Below the pieces are notes generated by a model. The model was given only the letters and a program-made list of their open reading frames with translations, had not been told where the DNA came from and did not search any database. The position numbers and the translations under genes are program-made. From a virus, in the IMG/VR virus record IMGVR_UViG_3300030099_006908, positions 30,846 to 94,845 of that record: 64,000 nt of DNA, one strand, 5' to 3'. Shown piece after piece: positions 19,220-28,413 of the stretch (position 1 is its first letter; each line of letters starts with the position of its first letter).

Positions 19220-20348
19220 AAATCACTATTTTGATTATGACCTTATAGAAGAAATCAAAGATATGTGCTGCGCAAATATAGAAGAGCTTCTTTCAGAACT
19301 AGGGGTAGACTTTAGGTGTAATGGAAAAATGATGGTGGGTTCGTGCCCTGTTCACGGAGGAGACAACCCCACTGCATGGAATCTTTATCCAGAGGGTGAA
19401 GAGGTAAGGGGTTACTGGGTATGCAGAACGCATCACTGCGAAAAACAAAAAGGTAAAAACGACCGACTGCTTTACGGCTCAACAATAATAGGTTTTGTTA
19501 GAGGGGTGCTATCTAGGCAAAGGTCAAAGCATGTTAGGTACGATGAAACCATTAATTTTTTAGTAAAATTTTTGGGCTATAATCATATAAATGAAATAAA
19601 TAAGCCTGATGCAGAGACCCTAGAAAGACGTAAGTATATTTCGTCCATGCGAAGACTTAGCGTTCGACCAAAACAAGAAGAAAGCGGATGGACAAGAGAG
19701 AAGCTAAGGTCATCCATCGAAATTCCATCAAAGTATTATATTGACAGGGGTTACTCTAGTCAGGTGCTTGACAAGTACGATGTTGGATTGTATAATAAAC
19801 GTAATAGGGTTGTAGTGCCCGTATATGATGATAGTTATAAGTATGTGGCTGGATTCCTTGGAAGGTCTATATGGCCCCAGTGTGATAAATGTAAAAAATG
19901 GCATGAGCCAGAGAAGTCTTGTCCGTCTTCAATTTACGAAATTAAAGACTGTGAAAAATGGCTAAACGGAAAATTTAAATCTACAAACTATCTGTATAAC
20001 TATTGGTTTGCATCTGAACACATAAGAAAAACAGGCGTTGCAATTTTAGTTGAAGGGGCTGGAGACGTTTGGAGATTAGAGGAAAACGGAATACACATAA
20101 GCCTTGGTTTATTTGGCACAGACCTGACTGACTCTCAAAGAGTATTACTTGACAGGTCAGGCGCTCTGTCAATAATTGTCATGCTGGACTCAGACCAAGC
20201 TGGCAGAGAGGGCGTTAAAAAATTAAAGGAGCAGCTTGGAAGACAATACAGAATGTATTTTCCAAAAATAAGAGAAGATGCTGGAGAATTAAATCAAGAC
20301 GAAATAACGTCAGATATAAAACCCATAATAGATAAGGCGATTATATGA
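19206..20348 (+). CDS. dnaG: DNA primase (DnaG-like)
   Basis: CPVHGGDNP..C..HHC zinc domain, RVVVPVYD..GFLGR, Toprim LVEGAGDV and MLDSDQAG. Confidence 0.88.
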   Translation: MRQAKNHYFDYDLIEEIKDMCCANIEELLSELGVDFRCNGKMMVGSCPVHGGDNPTAWNLYPEGEEVRGYWVCRTHHCEKQKGKNDRLLYGSTIIGFVRGVLSRQRSKHVRYDETINFLVKFLGYNHINEINKPDAETLERRKYISSMRRLSVRPKQEESGWTREKLRSSIEIPSKYYIDRGYSSQVLDKYDVGLYNKRNRVVVPVYDDSYKYVAGFLGRSIWPQCDKCKKWHEPEKSCPSSIYEIKDCEKWLNGKFKSTNYLYNYWFASEHIRKTGVAILVEGAGDVWRLEENGIHISLGLFGTDLTDSQRVLLDRSGALSIIVMLDSDQAGREGVKKLKEQLGRQYRMYFPKIREDAGELNQDEITSDIKPIIDKAII

Positions 20349-21118
20349 CTAAAATAGTTGGAATTTCAGGTAAAAAGCAATCTGGAAAAACAACGGCGGG
20401 CAATTTTCTTTTTGGCTGCGCGATGTTATCTCTAGACTTAGTGGAATACGCATATATAGATGACTACGGAAGGCTTATTGTTCCTTACGAAGATTCAGAC
20501 GGACAAAATAAACCATGCGTATTTCCCGTAGACAGCCTGCACCCAAATATGATTAGCTACATGAGTTCAAATATATGGCATAAAATTAAAATATATAACT
20601 TTGCTGACAACTTAAAGCATATGTGCATAAATATATTAGGCCTAAAAGAAGAGCAATGCTATGGAACAGAAGACGATAAAAACTCTCTCACTAATATAAA
20701 GTGGTCCGATTGCTACACACAAAAAGACAAGACTGGGTTCATGACCGCTAGGGAGGCGATGCAATATGTAGGAACAGACGTTTTCAGAAAAATGTACCCA
20801 AATGTTTGGGTAGACTCAACGATTAAGAGGATAAAAAAAGACAGTCCTGAATTAGCCGTTGTCGTTGATTGCAGGTTTCCAAATGAGGTTAGCGGCATAA
20901 AGGGGGCTGGAGGATGTGTAATTAGACTTAACAGAAACATATTCGGAGGAAAAGACCAACACGCAAGCGAAACGGCGCTAGATAATTTTAAGGGCTTTGA
21001 TGCGTATATAGATAACACAGACATGTCTGTGTCTCAGCAGAGCGAGGAATTATACAACGTCTTGTCTGAATGGCAGATGATAAACTATAGCGCGGTAGCA
21101 AAATTTGGAAATCCATGA
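20345..21118 (+). CDS. Deoxynucleoside monophosphate kinase
   Basis: GISGKKQSGKTT, FADNLK, REAMQYVGTDVFR, DCRFPNE, HASETALD. Confidence 0.88.
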   Translation: MTKIVGISGKKQSGKTTAGNFLFGCAMLSLDLVEYAYIDDYGRLIVPYEDSDGQNKPCVFPVDSLHPNMISYMSSNIWHKIKIYNFADNLKHMCINILGLKEEQCYGTEDDKNSLTNIKWSDCYTQKDKTGFMTAREAMQYVGTDVFRKMYPNVWVDSTIKRIKKDSPELAVVVDCRFPNEVSGIKGAGGCVIRLNRNIFGGKDQHASETALDNFKGFDAYIDNTDMSVSQQSEELYNVLSEWQMINYSAVAKFGNP

Positions 21119-22143
21119 TAATTACATACTTCAGAAGCAGCTCATTCAATGCTTATGGAATGTGCCCGCAGCAATATTTTTTGTCTTATGTTTTGGGCAT
21201 ACCATCTCCTGGAGGCAAAAAAGCAGAGAAGGGCACTGTTGTCCACAAGGTTCTTGAGTGCTTGGCCCATGGAAAGAAAGCGGAGCAGGACGGTTCTTCT
21301 ACGTTTAACGATGATGCCCTGGGGGAACAGCCGACAAACAGAATCTATGAGGATGATTTTGTAAATGAACTCAGCAGGCTTTCTTTTGATTATTACACAC
21401 AGAAATCTATACATGACTTTAGCGCAAGAGATTACAAAGATTGTGAGAAGTGGGCATGGAAAGCTATTGAATATTCTGATGGGGCGTATGACCCTAGAAA
21501 GAGAAGGATTATTGATGCTGAACCACACTTCGATATAACAATTGATGAGCCTTGGGCTGAATACGATTACATCATGCCAGACGGCTCAAGGCTTCATGGC
21601 AATCTTTCTATAAAGGGGACTGTAGACCTTATTACTGATTCTGGCAATGGTGTGTATGAGGCGACCGACTGGAAAACAGGAATGAGGAAGGATTGGGCGA
21701 CAGGAGAAATCAAAGACTTCTGGAAGCTATGCGGCGACCCACAACTAAGAATATATCACTACGCCCTTACACACCTATATCCAGAAGCAAAACAAATAGT
21801 TCCTAGTATATACTTCATCAATGATGGGGGTCCGTTCACAATGGCCTATGATGATTCAGACATAGAGGCCACAAAGAAGATGCTAAAGCAAAGGTTTGCA
21901 AAAATCAAGGAGGTGGTAAGACCTCAACTTCTAACAGGATACGACAGATGGAAGTGCAACTCATTCTGCCACTACGGGAAAACACAGCATTCTTCTGGAA
22001 AGATTAATCCCAGGACAGGCGAGCCCTATACTATCTGCCAGTATATGGCGGACAAAACAAAGAAGTGTGGAATAGATGCCGTGATTGCGGAAGACACGCG
22101 CAAGGGACATACGATAGATTATTATCAAGACCCAGGAGCATAA
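21115..22143 (+). CDS. PD-(D/E)XK RecB/Cas4-like exonuclease
   Basis: SS.....CP..YF, GTVVHKVLE, KGTVDL..DWKTG, QLRIY, C-terminal Cys cluster. Confidence 0.82.
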   Translation: MIITYFRSSSFNAYGMCPQQYFLSYVLGIPSPGGKKAEKGTVVHKVLECLAHGKKAEQDGSSTFNDDALGEQPTNRIYEDDFVNELSRLSFDYYTQKSIHDFSARDYKDCEKWAWKAIEYSDGAYDPRKRRIIDAEPHFDITIDEPWAEYDYIMPDGSRLHGNLSIKGTVDLITDSGNGVYEATDWKTGMRKDWATGEIKDFWKLCGDPQLRIYHYALTHLYPEAKQIVPSIYFINDGGPFTMAYDDSDIEATKKMLKQRFAKIKEVVRPQLLTGYDRWKCNSFCHYGKTQHSSGKINPRTGEPYTICQYMADKTKKCGIDAVIAEDTRKGHTIDYYQDPGA

Positions 22144-22160
22144 AATGAAAAATAGAATAC

Positions 22161-22188
22161 TTGACAACTATCAAAACTCTGATATATT
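22161..22188 (+). promoter_or_regulatory. Sigma-70-type promoter
   Basis: TTGACA (22161), 16-bp spacer, TATATT in an intergenic gap. Confidence 0.6.
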
Positions 22189-22244
22189 TTATATACAAAT
22201 TACATTTTACGCTAATTACACCGAAGAGGATGTTTGGACTTATT

Positions 22245-23381
22245 ATGCCTAATATACTAATACTTGGAGCGGGAGGCATCGGCCTCCCAATCGCATCAGC
22301 GTTAAAGCACGAAGAATATAATCTTGTTCTGTCTGATTATTCTGAGGATGCCATTGGTAAAGCTAAGGACTATTTCGGTAGAACTAAGTTTGACAGTGAA
22401 TGCTCCCTTGACTTTCATGTTGGCGATGCCAAGGATTATGTTCTAGAGAATAAGCATGACTTTGACATAGTGGTATCAGCTTTGCCATACTACATGAACA
22501 AAGAAATAGCGTTCGCGTGTGTTTCCTCTTGTATAGCTTACGTTGACCTTGGCGGGCATGTAGACACAACCAATTATATTCGCAAGATTACTGAGGAAAT
22601 TGGATGCGCTCCAGTGGCTAGTGACCAAGGACTAGCTCCAGGCTTAGTTAATATCTGTGCGGAAGAGGCTTTTGAAGCCGTTAAGGAAAACAAATACCGT
22701 AGTGCAAAAATAAAGATGGCCGTAGGCGGGCTTCCAGAAAAGGTGGGATTAAATCCTCTAGACTACATTGTTACTTGGTCTATTGATGGTTTGATTAACG
22801 AGTACAGGGGAGAGGCAGAGATTCTGTTGGGGGCAGAAAAGAAGAACGTACCCACACTCACTGGCCTAGAAACGATGACTGTTGACGGAGATGAGCTTGA
22901 GGCGTTTTACACAGCCGGTGGAAGCTCTCACACAATACAATCTATGCTTAACCAAACCTCCCGTCCAATACCTGACGTTACATACAAGACGTTGCGATAC
23001 CCAGGACACTTGGAGATGATAAAGTGGCTCATGGAAGAAATTGAGATGGACACACAAGAGTTGGCACATCTATTTAAGTATGGTTGCGCGGCTTTGAATG
23101 AAAAGGATATTGTGAAGTTCTATGTCGAGGCTACTAATGGGAGCTTGTCTTACAAAAGAGAGCATACCTTCTATGCAAGCGAAGAGTTCTCTGCTATGCA
23201 GCGGTCTACCGCATACAGCGCAGCAGCGGCGATTCAGACAATGTATATAAATAGGCCGATACCAAACGACTCTTTTGCCCTCGATTATTCATACTTCTGT
23301 AGAGATTTGTTTCATGAGCGTTTTAGAGATGCTTTAAATAGAGACCGGCCAGAGAAAGAGAAAGAGTGGTTGGTCTCATGA
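22245..23381 (+). CDS. Saccharopine dehydrogenase / lysine 6-dehydrogenase family oxidoreductase
   Basis: ILILGAGGIG, YVDLGG, GLAPGLVN, VGGLP, TWSIDGLINEY, LEAFYTAGG, YKTLRYPGH. Confidence 0.85.
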   Translation: MPNILILGAGGIGLPIASALKHEEYNLVLSDYSEDAIGKAKDYFGRTKFDSECSLDFHVGDAKDYVLENKHDFDIVVSALPYYMNKEIAFACVSSCIAYVDLGGHVDTTNYIRKITEEIGCAPVASDQGLAPGLVNICAEEAFEAVKENKYRSAKIKMAVGGLPEKVGLNPLDYIVTWSIDGLINEYRGEAEILLGAEKKNVPTLTGLETMTVDGDELEAFYTAGGSSHTIQSMLNQTSRPIPDVTYKTLRYPGHLEMIKWLMEEIEMDTQELAHLFKYGCAALNEKDIVKFYVEATNGSLSYKREHTFYASEEFSAMQRSTAYSAAAAIQTMYINRPIPNDSFALDYSYFCRDLFHERFRDALNRDRPEKEKEWLVS

Positions 23382-25339
23382 CATTTTTCCCACTTCATGT
23401 TCACAGTCACGACAGCCTTCTTGATGGTCTTAGTAAGCCTAAAGATATTGCTAAGAGATGTACAGAGCTTGGTCTAAAAGGATGCGCTTTAACAGACCAC
23501 GGCGTTCTCTCTGGTGCAGTCAGCTTCGTAGAAGCCATGAAGTCTGCCGGACTAAAACCTATACTTGGATGCGAGTTCTATATTTGTGAGGGCGACCCTA
23601 CTGACAAGGAGAATAGGACTCGCTCCAACACACACCTCGTCGTGCTTGCCAAGAACAATCAAGGCTGGCAAGACCTAATCGCTGCAACATCCCAGTCCAA
23701 TCACCCAGACTATTTCTACTATGCTCCAAGACTAGACTTGGCTACACTCAAGAAGTTTTGCACAGGAAACTGGATTGCGTTTAGTGGACACATGGGTTCG
23801 CATCTAGCTAACGATATGTTCATAGACCACAAAGAAGCCTACTCTGCCCAAAGCTACGACGAAGCAACCAAGATGGTTGATAAAGATTGGGTAAATAAGG
23901 TTTCTGGTAAAGCTAAGGAACTTGAGGATGTCTTTGGCAAAGGAAACTTCTTCCTAGAAATACAGCTAATAGACGTAGACAATCTTCCTGCTTCTGGCGT
24001 AGTCGCAAAAGGGCTTAGATACCTAAGTAAGAAAATCGACATTCCATGTGTCGCAACACCAGACGCTCACTATGCTTGTCCAGAGGATGCAGATGACCAG
24101 AGAGTTCTTCTGTCTAATCACCCAAGCATAGATACTCCTCTCAAGGACATCTACAAGAAGATGGTTTCAGGAGACGATATAAGCCTGGGAGCTTTCTTTA
24201 AGTCCAGAAATTATTACATTCCTGGACATGACGAAATGATGAAACTCCACACAGAGGAAGAGGTTGCAAATACAGAGAAGATTGCCGATATGTGCGAAGA
24301 ATATACAATTACTGGAAAACCGATGCCGCCTAGATTTCCCCTGCCAGAAAAAGTAACAGCAATTGACAGGCTCAGAGAAAGATGCCGTGAGGGTTGGCAA
24401 AAAAGATGGCCCGCAATTAAAAGCGTTATAGACAGCACTGAACACACGAAAGAAGAGTATGCCGAACGATTTGAGATGGAAATATCCATTCTTGAGAACG
24501 CAAATCTAGCGGACTACTTCTTAATTGTTGACGACATCATCAACTGGGCTAGAAAAGACGGTCAGCTTACAGGAGCCGGTAGAGGCTCTGCTGACGGCTC
24601 TCTAATTCTATATCTTTTAGAAGTAGGTCATATAGACCCAATCAAACACGATTTAATGTTCGAGAGATTTTACAACGCCGGACGAAATACAGCAGACAGA
24701 GTGTCCCTTCCTGATGTGGATATGGACTTCGAGAAGCTTGGTCGTGAGCGTATAATTGGCTATATAAACGACAGGTTTGGTGAAGATAGAGTTTCTCAAA
24801 TGATTACGTTTAGCAAGATGCAAGGACGGGCTGTACTGCAAGATGTAATGAGAGCGCACAGCGCATGTAGTCCAGAAGAGAGAAACAGAATCACAAAGAA
24901 CATACCCGATGAAGCAGACATTTCTGACCAGCTTGAAGATATGCGTCAAGCAGACAAAGATTCTGGCGGCGACGGTAGCGCTAGCATAATTCAGTGGGCT
25001 TTGGAGAACAGAGAAGAGGACTTGAAACAGTGGTGCTACCTTGGCGAAAACGGAAACCTTCAGGGTCCAATGTCAAAGATATTTGAACAAGCTATACGCA
25101 TGGAGGGAACAAAGCGTTCTCGCAGTAAACACGCAGCGGGAATTGTGATTGCCAACGAACCTCTTGCTAAGATTTGTCCCATGGTCTACGACAAAAGCTC
25201 TGGCGAAAGCATTGCTGGAATGGAAATGAATGACCTGGAGTCTATGGGACATATCAAGTTTGACATTCTTGGAATTGCAATTCTAGATAAGATTCACGGA
25301 GTTCAAGACCTATTGTCTACCGGAGAGTTTCGTGATTGA
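23378..25339 (+). CDS. dnaE: DNA polymerase III alpha, N-terminal half (PHP, palm, thumb)
   Basis: LHVHSHDSLLDG, ALTDHG, PILGCE, GRGSA, FERF, LPDVDMDF, HAAGIVI, KFDILG; ends shortly after KFDILG. Confidence 0.92.
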   Translation: MTFFPLHVHSHDSLLDGLSKPKDIAKRCTELGLKGCALTDHGVLSGAVSFVEAMKSAGLKPILGCEFYICEGDPTDKENRTRSNTHLVVLAKNNQGWQDLIAATSQSNHPDYFYYAPRLDLATLKKFCTGNWIAFSGHMGSHLANDMFIDHKEAYSAQSYDEATKMVDKDWVNKVSGKAKELEDVFGKGNFFLEIQLIDVDNLPASGVVAKGLRYLSKKIDIPCVATPDAHYACPEDADDQRVLLSNHPSIDTPLKDIYKKMVSGDDISLGAFFKSRNYYIPGHDEMMKLHTEEEVANTEKIADMCEEYTITGKPMPPRFPLPEKVTAIDRLRERCREGWQKRWPAIKSVIDSTEHTKEEYAERFEMEISILENANLADYFLIVDDIINWARKDGQLTGAGRGSADGSLILYLLEVGHIDPIKHDLMFERFYNAGRNTADRVSLPDVDMDFEKLGRERIIGYINDRFGEDRVSQMITFSKMQGRAVLQDVMRAHSACSPEERNRITKNIPDEADISDQLEDMRQADKDSGGDGSASIIQWALENREEDLKQWCYLGENGNLQGPMSKIFEQAIRMEGTKRSRSKHAAGIVIANEPLAKICPMVYDKSSGESIAGMEMNDLESMGHIKFDILGIAILDKIHGVQDLLSTGEFRD

Positions 25340-25922
25340 GTTAGAGAAACTAAAAACTGAATACTCATCATGTGAAATATGCTCTCTGTGCCCTAAGAAG
25401 AGCGGCATAAATGGTGTGGTAAAGTCTAGCGGCCCCGTTTCTTCTTTAGCGATAATTGGAGAAGCTCCGGGAGCAGACGAAGACTCTGCCGGAGAACCTT
25501 TTGTCGGAAGGGCGGGCAAGATGCTTGACAAGCTGCTTGAGGGAGCTAAAATAAAAAGGCATCAGGTTTTTATTACAAACGCTGTGAAGTGCAGGCCCAC
25601 ACAAAACAACGGAAAGAAAAATAGAACTCCCACTGCTGATGAATGCGAGTCTTGTAGCCCATGGCTATACAAAGAAATAGATTTAGTTAAACCAAAGGTT
25701 ATTGTAACTCTTGGTAAAACATCGGCTGAAGCTGTTTTGCCTTTACCTAAAAATTTTACACTTGGTAATTATATAAATAAGTCTCATGAATCTAGCATTG
25801 GAAACGGTGCGTACACAGTTGTTCCGTGTTGGCACCCGTCTTACCTTATGCAGCATGGCAGAAAGAAGTTTGATGAGGCTGTAGACTGTTTTAAGTTGGC
25901 AAAGAAATTGGTATTGAAATGA
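25332..25922 (+). CDS. udg: Family-4 (Fe-S) uracil-DNA glycosylase
   Basis: CEICSLC, IGEAPGADED, PFVGRAG, TNAVKCRP, HPSYL. Confidence 0.9.
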   Translation: MIELEKLKTEYSSCEICSLCPKKSGINGVVKSSGPVSSLAIIGEAPGADEDSAGEPFVGRAGKMLDKLLEGAKIKRHQVFITNAVKCRPTQNNGKKNRTPTADECESCSPWLYKEIDLVKPKVIVTLGKTSAEAVLPLPKNFTLGNYINKSHESSIGNGAYTVVPCWHPSYLMQHGRKKFDEAVDCFKLAKKLVLK

Positions 25923-26647
25923 ATTATAACTCTATATGCTGTTACGATTATGAGACTGGTTCTCCCGACTCATCTACGTGTTCTATCATACAAATAGCCG
26001 CAGAGATGATACACGGAAGGAATTTAAATGTAGTTGACAAATTTTCTGCCTATGTCCGCCCGGACTTTGACGACAAAGAATCCACGACAGACGAAACAAT
26101 AGATTGGCATTGCAGGAACAAAGGCATGTCAAAAAAGAAGTTTGTAGATATGCTAAACGAGTGCCCTCCAATAAATGTTGTATGGAAAAACTTTTCCTCT
26201 TGGATTGACAAATACAACTGGGGTAAGACTAATAAGAGTGGCTATCATGCTCCGGTGTCTGCTGGATACAATATACTTGGATTTGACAATCCTATTACTG
26301 ATAGGCACTGCAAAATATTTGGACCGACTGAAAAAGACAGGCGCAGCGGCGAAGAGAGGCCAAGGATGTTTAATCAAATATACAGCTTTGATTTAATGCA
26401 GCATGTCTGGTATTGGTTTGAGAATAACAGCGAGCTTAAAAACCAAAAGCTAACAACCGTCTTAGAGTACATGGGTGTGCCGGAGGAGGTGACTGCAAAC
26501 GCTCATGACGCAGAGTTTGATGTTGAGTGGACATCTAAGGTCATCATAAAGCTGTTGAAAACATCTAGATGGATGACTGGATGGAATGAACAAAAGCAGA
26601 AAAGAAGACTTGAATTTGCTAACGCATTTGCACAGGAGTTTAAATGA
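25919..26647 (+). CDS. DEDDh 3'-5' exonuclease (Pol III epsilon-like)
   Basis: ExoI DYETG, ExoII GYNILGFD, ExoIII AHDAEFDV. Confidence 0.88.
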   Translation: MNYNSICCYDYETGSPDSSTCSIIQIAAEMIHGRNLNVVDKFSAYVRPDFDDKESTTDETIDWHCRNKGMSKKKFVDMLNECPPINVVWKNFSSWIDKYNWGKTNKSGYHAPVSAGYNILGFDNPITDRHCKIFGPTEKDRRSGEERPRMFNQIYSFDLMQHVWYWFENNSELKNQKLTTVLEYMGVPEEVTANAHDAEFDVEWTSKVIIKLLKTSRWMTGWNEQKQKRRLEFANAFAQEFK

Positions 26648-28344
26648 GTAAGGTTAGATGGCCGTGTGGATGTGAGCTTCCAGTAAAGAGTTGTTCTGAC
26701 ACACCAATGGTGATTAACGTAGAGTTCGGAGATACGCTTCCTAAAGGTATAGAGCTAGATGTCTACAGCATGAATCTTAATTGTGAAGCAACTTGGGACA
26801 TGATATGCAGCGGCAGGACGAAAGGCGTTTTTCAGCTAGAGAGCGCACTTGGTCGTCAATGGGCCAAGAAACTAGAACCAAGAAGCATTGAAGAGCTTGG
26901 AGCGCTAGGCGCTTTACTTCGTCCAGGGTGCCTTAGAGCCATGTCTGGAAATCCACCAAAGAGCATGACGCAAAGATATTGCGATAGAAAGCATGGTGTT
27001 GAACAAGTCGTTTATCCTCACGAATCATTGGAACCGATTCTTAAAAAGACGCAAGGCGTACTAACTTTTCAAGAGCAAGCCATGAAGATAGCTGTAGTTC
27101 TTGCTGGTTTCAATGAGCAGCAAGCGGACATCCTCCGCAAGGCTATCGGTAAAAAGAAAGCCGATGTTATGCATGAGGTTAAGAAGTCCTTTCTTGAGGG
27201 CGCTAAAAAAACAGGTATAGTATCAGAAGAACTGGCTGAGGAAATTTTTGGCTGGATTCAGGAGTCCCAGAGATACTCTTTTAACAAAAGCCACGCAGAC
27301 GCATATGCGCTCAATGGATATTGGAGCGCGTTTTGCAAAACACATATGCCGCTTGAGTTTTATTGCTCTTGGCTTAGGGGTGCAGCGTGGAAAGGCGCAA
27401 AGCAATACGAGGAAATTTACGACCTAGTAAATGACGCAAAGGTAAACAACATAGACGTTCTTCCCCCAACGCTTGCAGACAAAAGAAACACTTTCTACAT
27501 CAAAGACAAGAAGGTTTATTTCGGTCTTTCTAGCATCAGAGGCATAGGCTCTGCTGTAATCGAGAAGATAGTAGAAAAGCTAACTGATGTAGAAAAAAAG
27601 CTGGGCAGAGGTATTGGCGCATGGATGTGGCTTGAATATTTAAAGTATGGAACAGAATGTGTATCATCCAACGTAACCGAGGGGATGATAAAGGCTGGGG
27701 CTTTAGACTTCTTTGAGCGTTCAAGAAACGAGATGCTTTATGAGTATTCTATATGGTCGCAACTTAGCCCAACAGAAAAAAAGTGGATTGTAAATGAATA
27801 CAGCGGATACAAACTGATTGAAGCATTAAAGCGGTGTCAGCCAAAAAGAGTGATGAAAAATAAAGTCCAGGTTGCTGGTGGAGGATGTGTAAATGATAAG
27901 CGCTCTAATTTTGTAGGAGATTTAATCACATCCTTAAAAAATCCACCTCACAAGTTGCAAGATAGCATGGATTGGATTGCTTGGAATGAACAAAAAACAC
28001 TGGGCGCTCCAATAACCTGTAGCAGAGTGGATGCGCTGGAAAGGGGAATAGAGGCTAATTGTACCTGCAAGGAATTCATTACGACAAAAAGAAAAGACTA
28101 TATGAAGTTTGCTGTAGAAGTCACCAAGGTGAAAGTAGTAAAAACAAAAAATGGAAAAAACCCTGGTAAAGAAATGGCTTTTCTTACCCTAGAAGATAAC
28201 AGTTGCTCTTTAGATGACGTAGTTTGTTTTCCAGATATTTTTCAAGAGTGTCGAGACGCCATATATGAAGGAAACACAATATTGGTTCAGGGAGATAGAG
28301 GACGAAATGACTCTCTTGTTGTCGGTCAAATATGGCAAATTTAA
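26644..28344 (+). CDS. dnaE: DNA polymerase III alpha, C-terminal half (fingers, HhH, OB fold)
   Basis: GVFQLES, LLRPG, FQEQAM, ADILRKAIGKK, YSFNKSHA, FGLSSIRGIG, MAFLTLED. Confidence 0.92.
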   Translation: MSKVRWPCGCELPVKSCSDTPMVINVEFGDTLPKGIELDVYSMNLNCEATWDMICSGRTKGVFQLESALGRQWAKKLEPRSIEELGALGALLRPGCLRAMSGNPPKSMTQRYCDRKHGVEQVVYPHESLEPILKKTQGVLTFQEQAMKIAVVLAGFNEQQADILRKAIGKKKADVMHEVKKSFLEGAKKTGIVSEELAEEIFGWIQESQRYSFNKSHADAYALNGYWSAFCKTHMPLEFYCSWLRGAAWKGAKQYEEIYDLVNDAKVNNIDVLPPTLADKRNTFYIKDKKVYFGLSSIRGIGSAVIEKIVEKLTDVEKKLGRGIGAWMWLEYLKYGTECVSSNVTEGMIKAGALDFFERSRNEMLYEYSIWSQLSPTEKKWIVNEYSGYKLIEALKRCQPKRVMKNKVQVAGGGCVNDKRSNFVGDLITSLKNPPHKLQDSMDWIAWNEQKTLGAPITCSRVDALERGIEANCTCKEFITTKRKDYMKFAVEVTKVKVVKTKNGKNPGKEMAFLTLEDNSCSLDDVVCFPDIFQECRDAIYEGNTILVQGDRGRNDSLVVGQIWQI

Positions 28345-28345
28345 C

Positions 28346-28375
28346 TTGACATTGCTTGTTTTGCGCTGTTATCAT
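28346..28375 (+). promoter_or_regulatory. Sigma-70-type promoter at the start of the glycan island
   Basis: TTGACA (28346), 18-bp spacer, extended -10 TGtTATCAT. Confidence 0.6.
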
Positions 28376-28413
28376 AATATATAAGTCAAGTTATACAAAT
28401 TGGGCATTTTTGA

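Noticed and set aside
21115-22143. Cas4-like nuclease as a sign of CRISPR-Cas
   Set aside because: No repeat-spacer array or other cas genes; stand-alone RecB/Cas4-like nucleases are common in phage replication modules
26644-26800. Split intein at the dnaE break (NLNC looks like an Asn/Cys junction)
   Set aside because: NLNC aligns with the normal PLDD segment before GVFQLES, there is no penultimate His, and the N-half carries no intein-N sequence
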